From assembly GCA_013694835.1 (NCBI GenBank), contig JACDBP010000319.1, positions 1-44,274 on the forward strand: a stretch of DNA of 44,274 nt. Direction: 5' to 3'. Of the stretch, positions 41,303 through 44,274 are shown piece after piece (the stretch's first letter is position 1; the number at the start of each line of letters is the position of its first letter). Made by a program: the position numbers and the translations under genes. The notes under the pieces were generated by a model, which worked only from the letters and a program-made list of their open reading frames with translations, was not told the origin of the DNA and ran no database searches. Source of the DNA: Chloroflexota bacterium. Lineage in GTDB: Bacteria > Chloroflexota > Limnocylindria > Limnocylindrales > CSP1-4.

Positions 41303-41331
41303 TTGAGTCCGGCATCCTCCATCCCTATACT
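41303..41331 (+). promoter_or_regulatory. Sigma-70-type promoter for the Cys-rich ORF / prfB / GNAT unit
   Basis: TTGAGT (41303-41308), a 17-nt spacer and TATACT (41326-41331). It sits in the secA-downstream gap, about 90 nt upstream of the next start codon. Two TTGCAAG palindromic motifs at 41268-41274 and 41279-41285 lie just upstream. Confidence 0.6.
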
Positions 41332-41420
41332 CGCCCAAAGCCCGCGCCGGGCCTCGTCCGGCGTTCGTGTTGCCCCGGCTTTGCCCGAGCCGCCAGGGGC
41401 GCTGAGAGGGAGAGGGACCA

Positions 41421-41675
41421 GTGACGACCGCCGCTGCGAGCGACGGCAGCCTGGAAGCTGTCGACGCATCCGTCGTCGACCTGATCGCGTGCGAGCGCGA
41501 CTGTCGAAGCTGCAGCTATGCCGTGTGGCTGGACTGTGACGGCGATTGTGGCCCCTGCGTCCACAACGGCTATTGTCCGTGCGTGAACCCCGTCGTCGCC
41601 AGGAGCAAGACCGCCCTGCGGATGATCGAGCTCCGCCCGATCCTGCTCCAGGATCTCCGGACCAGGGGAGCCTGA
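41421..41675 (+). CDS. Hypothetical cysteine-rich small protein (84 aa, 8 Cys)
   Basis: Starts at GTG, preceded by the strong purine-rich SD GAGAGGGAGAGGGA. Third codon positions are mostly G/C. The stop lies 3 nt before the prfB start. The Cys pattern is CERDCRSC-x7-CDGDCGPC-x5-CPC. I did not recognise a family. Confidence 0.55.
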   Translation: MTTAAASDGSLEAVDASVVDLIACERDCRSCSYAVWLDCDGDCGPCVHNGYCPCVNPVVARSKTALRMIELRPILLQDLRTRGA

Positions 41676-41678
41676 GGA

Positions 41679-42804
41679 GTGGCGTCCTTCGATCACGCCC
41701 TCCTGCGCGAGCTCGCTGAGCGGATCCACGCGACCTCGGGGCGACTTTGACCTCGTCGCGAAGGAGTTCCAGCTAGCGGAGCTCGAGGAACAGGCCGGGC
41801 GCCCGGACCTCTGGGATGACCCACAGGCCGCGCAGCGTGTCCTCCGGCAAGCCGACGGGCTGCGCGACGACGTGAGCACCTGGCGCACGCTCGAACGGCG
41901 CGCCGACGATCTGGTGGAGCTGGCGGCGCTCAACGGGTCGGGCGATGACGCCGATCCGGGGATCGAGGCCGGCCTGTCGGACGAGTACGACGCAGTGCTT
42001 CGAGAGTACGAGAGCCATCGGACAGCGCTGCTGTTCAGCGGCGAGTACGACCAGGGCAACGCCATCCTCACCATCAGCGCCGGGGCCGGCGGGACAGAGG
42101 CGACCGACTGGGCCGAGATGCTGCTCCGGATGTACCTCCGCTGGGCGGAGCGGCACCGATTCGGCACGGAGATCCTCGATCAGCTCGAGGGCGACCAGGC
42201 CGGCATCAAGTCGGCCACCATCGCGGTCGACGGACGGCGGGCGTACGGCTTCCTGCGCGCCGAGCGGGGCGTCCATCGCCTGGTGCGCATCAGCCCATTC
42301 GACTCCCAGAACCGCCGCCAGACGACGTTCGCACTGGTCGAGGTGCTGCCGGAGGTGGAGGATACGACGGAGGTCGAGATCGACCCCGACGAGCTGCGCG
42401 TCGACACCTACCGCGCGACAGGCGCTGGCGGCCAGCACGTCAACAAGACGGATTCGGCGGTCCGGATCACGCACCTGCCGACGGGGATCGTGGCCCAGAG
42501 CCAGAACGAGCGGTCGCAGATGCAGAACCGCGAGACAGCGATGAAGATCCTGCGCGGGCGCCTGCTCGAGCAGCGCATCCAGGAGCGCGAAGAGGAGCTG
42601 GCCCGCCTCAAGGGCGTGCACGTCGAGGCCGGCTGGGGCCACCAGATCCGATCCTACGTGCTGCACCCCTACCAGATGGTCAAGGACCTGCGCACGAACG
42701 TGGAGACGAGCAACACGGGCTCGGTGCTCGATGGCGACCTGGACGCGTTCATGCTCGCCGAGCTCGAGCGCGTCGCGACGGAGCAGGAACCCACCGCCGC
42801 GTGA
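41679..42804 (+). CDS. prfB: Peptide chain release factor 2, requiring a programmed +1 ribosomal frameshift (join 41679..41747, 41749..42804)
   Basis: Frame 0 runs from GTG 41679 (VASFDHALLRELAERIHATSGRL) and ends at the in-frame TGA in CTT TGA C (41745-41751), with GGGG 3 nt upstream. The +1 frame continues DLVAKEFQLAELEEQAGRPDLWDDPQAAQRV... into track ORF 41872..42804. That part carries the SPF motif (VRISPFDS) and the GGQ motif ([24 protein letters not shown]). Confidence 0.93.
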
Positions 42805-43787
42805 TCGCCCGACTGGGGGAGGTTGCGACGGGCATCCGGCCCATCATCCCTGCCGACCTCCCTGGCTGTGCGTCGGTCTTCTACGCGGCGCTCGATGAAC
42901 TGACGGCTCGTCACGGTCAGCCGCCTCCCATCCGCAACGAAGCGGGCATGATCGGCTTCTTCGGCCACCTCCTGACAACCGACGGCGAACGCGCCTGGCT
43001 GTCCGGGGGGATCGACGGCGTGGATGCCTTCGGGTTCGCCCATCTTCGGGGAAGCCTCTGGTTCCTCTCGTTCCTGTTCGTGCGGCCCGAGTCCCAGGCG
43101 CAGGGCGTCGGTCGCCAGGTGCTGCTCCGAACCTTCCCGCACGATCCGTCCGCGGCCGCCGACGACGGCATGGGCGGCGCCTCGGCCTGGAATGGCGTCC
43201 TCGCCACCTGCGCGGACTCGATCCAGCCGGTCTCCACCGGGCTCTACACGGGCTACGGGATGGTGCCGCGGCTGCCGCTGTTCACGATGCTCGGCCGGCC
43301 ACGGCGAGGGGTGCTGCCGGGCCTCCCGCGTTCCGTCGAACGGTGCGGCTTCGACGACCTGGTCGACACCGCTCCGGACGGGCACCGGCGCCTGGTCGAC
43401 CTCGTCGGCGAGATCGACCAACAGGTGCTGGGTTACGACCGGCCGGTGGACCATCGTTTCTGGCGTGTGGCCGACCGGCGGGGCTGGGTCTACCGAGACC
43501 GCGCCGACGGCGCGATCCTCGGCTACGGCTACGCCCAGCCGAGCGGCCGGCTCGGGCCTGTTGCGCTCCTCGACGGGGAACTGCTGCCGGCCGTGCTGGG
43601 TGACCTGATGTCGACCCTCCAGCCAGCCGGTGATTGGCAGATCTTCGTGCCAGGTGCTGCCGAGCGTGTGATGGTGGCGTTGCTCCACGCCGGATTCAGG
43701 TGCGAGGGGACGCCGGCCCTCTACTGCGCCTCACGGATCGGACCGGACCTGTCGCGCTACATCGTCGCCAGCTTTGCCCTGCTATAG
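42801..43787 (+). CDS. GNAT family N-acetyltransferase (two-domain, Eis-like size)
   Basis: A 328-aa ORF. Its acetyl-CoA motif A is LFVRPESQAQGVGRQVL. The GTG overlaps the prfB stop as GTGA. Confidence 0.75.
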   Translation: MIARLGEVATGIRPIIPADLPGCASVFYAALDELTARHGQPPPIRNEAGMIGFFGHLLTTDGERAWLSGGIDGVDAFGFAHLRGSLWFLSFLFVRPESQAQGVGRQVLLRTFPHDPSAAADDGMGGASAWNGVLATCADSIQPVSTGLYTGYGMVPRLPLFTMLGRPRRGVLPGLPRSVERCGFDDLVDTAPDGHRRLVDLVGEIDQQVLGYDRPVDHRFWRVADRRGWVYRDRADGAILGYGYAQPSGRLGPVALLDGELLPAVLGDLMSTLQPAGDWQIFVPGAAERVMVALLHAGFRCEGTPALYCASRIGPDLSRYIVASFALL

Positions 43788-43794
43788 CCGACGC

Positions 43795-44274
43795 ATGCCC
43801 AGCGATCACCTCGAACCGATCGAGCCGTCGCAGCGATTCGGTGCCGAGGTCAGCGCTGCCCGCCGTCGTGGCTCCCCGGACGAGCTGCGCCAGTGGCTGG
43901 AGCTGGCGCAGCGCATGGCCGACGAGACGGACACCATGGCGATGGCCGCGTTCCGGCGCGACCTGCAGATCAGCACCAAGCCGGACCGGACCCTGGTGAC
44001 CCAGGCCGACCGGGCGATCGAGGAGCGGCTCCGAGCCCGCCTCGCGGATGCCGTGCCCAGCCACGGCGTCGTCGGGGAGGAGTTCGGCACGAGCGATCTC
44101 GAGGCGCCCGTTCGCTGGTACCTGGATCCGATCGACGCCACGAACAACTTCGTCCGAGGCATCCCGATCTGGGGGACGCTCATCGCGCTCGAACGCGACG
44201 GCGAGCTGCAGCTGGGGGTCATGAGCGCGCCGGCGATCGGCTCCCGCTGGTGGGCGACGCGCGGCGCGGGAGCC
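43795..44274 (+). CDS. Inositol monophosphatase family protein, HisN (histidinol-phosphatase)-like; 3' end beyond the window
   Basis: Absent from the ORF track because there is no stop in the window. The frame from ATG 43795 stays open to the edge (160 codons). It contains TKPDRTLVTQADRAIEERLR, GEEFG and WYLDPIDATNNFVRGIPIWGTLIAL, the IMPase metal-binding signature. The DPID.T.NFVRG..W..LIAL block is as I recall it from actinobacterial HisN. Confidence 0.78.
   Translation, partial: MPSDHLEPIEPSQRFGAEVSAARRRGSPDELRQWLELAQRMADETDTMAMAAFRRDLQISTKPDRTLVTQADRAIEERLRARLADAVPSHGVVGEEFGTSDLEAPVRWYLDPIDATNNFVRGIPIWGTLIALERDGELQLGVMSAPAIGSRWWATRGAGA

Noticed and set aside
41325-42167. 280-aa minus-strand ORF overlapping the Cys-rich ORF and the prfB 5' part.
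   Set aside because: It is antisense to RF2, whose frameshift site and N-terminal domain are unambiguous. The product is Ser/Arg/Ala-rich with no motif.

Overview
This is a GC-rich, very gene-dense bacterial chromosome segment with about 42 protein genes. Most gene junctions overlap by 1-4 nt or lie less than 30 nt apart. I found no rRNA, intact tRNA, CRISPR array, transposase or integrase. (i) 1-11961, minus strand: a housekeeping array, rplU-rpmA-rpmE-DUF1385-prfA-(amylo-alpha-1,6-glucosidase)-prmC-tsaC-glyA-wecA-like-atpI/Z-like-atpB-atpE-atpF (partial). (ii) 11962-12392: an unusually long non-coding gap containing a tRNA-like 3' fragment. (iii) 12393-23828: an accessory block with a SAM methyltransferase, a flavin reductase and an HpaB-type monooxygenase. 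It also holds a six-gene translationally coupled operon (carrier protein, acyl-CoA-dehydrogenase-fold protein, aaRS-like amino acid:carrier-protein ligase, DUF1839-like protein, GH2 glycosidase-fold protein, tandem alpha/beta-hydrolase) with a divergent holo-ACP synthase. This operon is my best candidate for an undescribed system. (iv) 23945-29030: an AI-2E transporter, then mreD-mrdA-rodA without mreBC. (v) 29031-29385: a divergent intergenic region with two parS sites and DnaA-box-like 9-mers, located exactly where gene orientation flips. It is origin-proximal and possibly oriC. (vi) 29386-44274, all plus strand: parA-parB-gyrB-(AlkD-like)-gyrA-prs, a small membrane ORF, secA, a cysteine-rich small ORF, prfB (needs a +1 frameshift), a GNAT and a truncated IMPase/HisN-like gene. 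Many long ORFs in the supplied track are antisense or alternate-frame shadows, as expected for GC-rich DNA. Family calls come from motif recognition by eye; no database search was run.
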